Shown here piece by piece: positions 13,548-14,547 of a stretch of DNA of 14,547 nucleotides. The notes beneath the pieces were generated by a model that was not told the origin of the DNA, did not search any database, and was given only the letters and a program-made list of their open reading frames with translations. The position numbers were made by a program, and so were the translations under genes. The DNA lies in the IMG/VR virus record IMGVR_UViG_3300012346_000561, positions 142,358-156,904 of that record; one strand, written 5' to 3'. This DNA comes from a virus. Its lineage: Duplodnaviria > Heunggongvirae > Uroviricota > Caudoviricetes. Position 1 is the stretch's first letter; each line of letters starts with the position of its first letter.

Positions 13548-14453
13548 TTAAAATACGTTTAATTGTTCTAATTTGTAAAGTTCGTTGTCATTTTTAATTG
13601 TGAATTCATTGTCATCTTTACTGCAGTATGAATTTGTAGTAAAAATTCCATCAAAGTACTTATTTAACTCTTTTAGTCCTGCACTGAAAATACCATGTGT
13701 CACTACTAGGTAGATTTTAGCACTTATTCTTTCTTTCTTAATTACTTTGGCTAATTCTATAAAAGTTCTACCACCGTCACATATATCGTCAATGATTACA
13801 TATTGCATACCGTCATTAACCGAGTCAGGGTCTCCAATTGAACCTGGTAGATTAGGTACTTCAGTTTTTACAATCTGACCTGTTCTTACATCTCTTACTT
13901 TGTTTGCTGTAATTATATTCTCAATTTGAAAATGTTTAGCAACATCAAAGATTTTCTTATATGCACCTGCATCAGGACTTACTAGGCAAATTCTTTCTCT
14001 AGCATTGTTTTTATTATCGATATTAGTTAATGCGTATTTTACCAGTAGAATGTTATCGATTTTTACAAAATTATTTAAACAAGCTTCTAATACATCTGAG
14101 TGTGGGTCTAGAACTGTTACAGCAAAGAAGTTTTGACTATTGATAATTGGACAAATTACCTGCTTAAGGTAGTTGCTTCCGCCTTCTTGAAATTTACGAT
14201 CTGAACGTGCACCGATAAAATACGGAACAAACAATCCTACATTTTTAACTCCTATATTCTTAAGAGCTTGGTTTGCACAGATAATTAATTCTACATCTCT
14301 AAATGATGTCATTCTGGATTGAATTACAATATTGGTTTTATCGTAGTTGTATCCTGCCTCTAAATCGATGGTTTGTTGACCATCAGGGAAGCTGCTAATT
14401 TTATATTTTACGTCTGATTTCTCAGGGTTAAATAAGTTTAATTTTTTCAACAT
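13548..14453 (-). CDS. prs: ribose-phosphate pyrophosphokinase-family protein; probably the Adps (ADPR-PP synthetase) of NARP1
   Basis: FPDG, PYFIGARSDR, DPHS, VSPDAGA, IIDDICDGGRTF (PRT loop) and THGIFS motifs; directly upstream of the NAMPT-like gene in one transcription unit. Confidence 0.9.
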   Translation of the reverse strand: MLKKLNLFNPEKSDVKYKISSFPDGQQTIDLEAGYNYDKTNIVIQSRMTSFRDVELIICANQALKNIGVKNVGLFVPYFIGARSDRKFQEGGSNYLKQVICPIINSQNFFAVTVLDPHSDVLEACLNNFVKIDNILLVKYALTNIDNKNNARERICLVSPDAGAYKKIFDVAKHFQIENIITANKVRDVRTGQIVKTEVPNLPGSIGDPDSVNDGMQYVIIDDICDGGRTFIELAKVIKKERISAKIYLVVTHGIFSAGLKELNKYFDGIFTTNSYCSKDDNEFTIKNDNELYKLEQLNVF

Positions 14454-14482
14454 AACACTATTTGTATTAATTAATAATATAT

Positions 14483-14514
14483 CTAAATATAAGAAAAAAG
14501 AGTTGAACTAGCAA
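14483..14514 (-). promoter_or_regulatory. Bacteroidota-type promoter driving the prs-like/nadV-like pair
   Basis: Minus strand reads TTG-CTAGTTCAACTCTTTTTTCT-TATATTTAG, 29 nt upstream of the ATG at 14453. Confidence 0.75.
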
Positions 14515-14521
14515 CTCTTTT
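14494..14521 (-). terminator. intrinsic terminator for the upstream (out-of-window) gene
   Basis: Same GAGTTG-CTAGTT-CAACTC-T6 hairpin as the left copy. An upstream frame ends ...GDSH-TAA at 14532-14534. Confidence 0.6.
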
Positions 14522-14547
14522 AACAATTATTTTAGTGAGAATCTCCT

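Larger units (their letters stand above)
14483..14534. repeat. 52-bp direct repeat, right copy
   Basis: CTAAATATAAGAAAAAAGAGTTGAACTAGCAACTCTTTTAACAATTATTTTA; differs from the left copy only at 14492 (A versus C). Confidence 0.95.

Noticed and set aside
11963-14534. 52-bp repeats as CRISPR repeats, att sites or transposon ends
   Set aside because: Only two copies 2.5 kb apart with genes between them, in direct orientation, and no cas, integrase or transposase gene in the window. The promoter-terminator content explains the sequence better.
1-14547. Stop-codon reassignment as seen in some Bacteroidota phages
   Set aside because: Conserved enzymes are full length under code 11, and TAA, TAG and TGA all occur at sensible gene ends with tight tiling.
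14532-14547. 3' end of an upstream minus-strand gene (...GDSH-stop)
   Set aside because: Only four codons are visible, which is too little to report as a feature or assign a product.
1-14547. tRNA, rRNA or large structured ncRNA genes
   Set aside because: After the three small ORFs are added, no intergenic gap exceeds about 95 nt and none shows cloverleaf or T-loop (GTTCRA within a GC-rich stem) architecture.

Overview
AT-rich, densely packed segment of a large double-stranded DNA bacteriophage genome. All credible genes are on the minus strand, with many ATGA or short overlaps and no Shine-Dalgarno motifs. Six regularly built TTG-N20-TATATT(TAG) promoters resemble the Bacteroidota -33/-7 consensus, which suggests a Bacteroidota (probably Flavobacteriia) host. 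Recognisable genes, right to left in transcription order: a Prs-like plus NAMPT-like pair (the architecture of the NARP1 Adps/Namat NAD+ reconstitution anti-defence pathway), a membrane-anchored GH73 glucosaminidase, a stand-alone cyclic-phosphate-processing receiver-like protein, a secreted SGNH hydrolase, twin small membrane proteins, a calcineurin-like metallophosphoesterase, a lipoprotein, thymidylate synthase, an SMR/DMT-like 4-TM protein, QueD, an Acb1/gp57B-like 2H phosphoesterase and a QueE truncated by the window edge. The most striking non-coding structure is a 52-bp direct repeat (1 mismatch, 2520 bp apart) that brackets the Prs/NAMPT pair. Each copy combines a promoter with a hairpin plus U-tract terminator in the promoter spacer, and a sequence-diverged but structure-conserved version occurs at about 6.3 kb. 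No tRNA, rRNA, CRISPR array, integrase or transposase was seen. Family assignments come from motifs read by eye, not from database searches.
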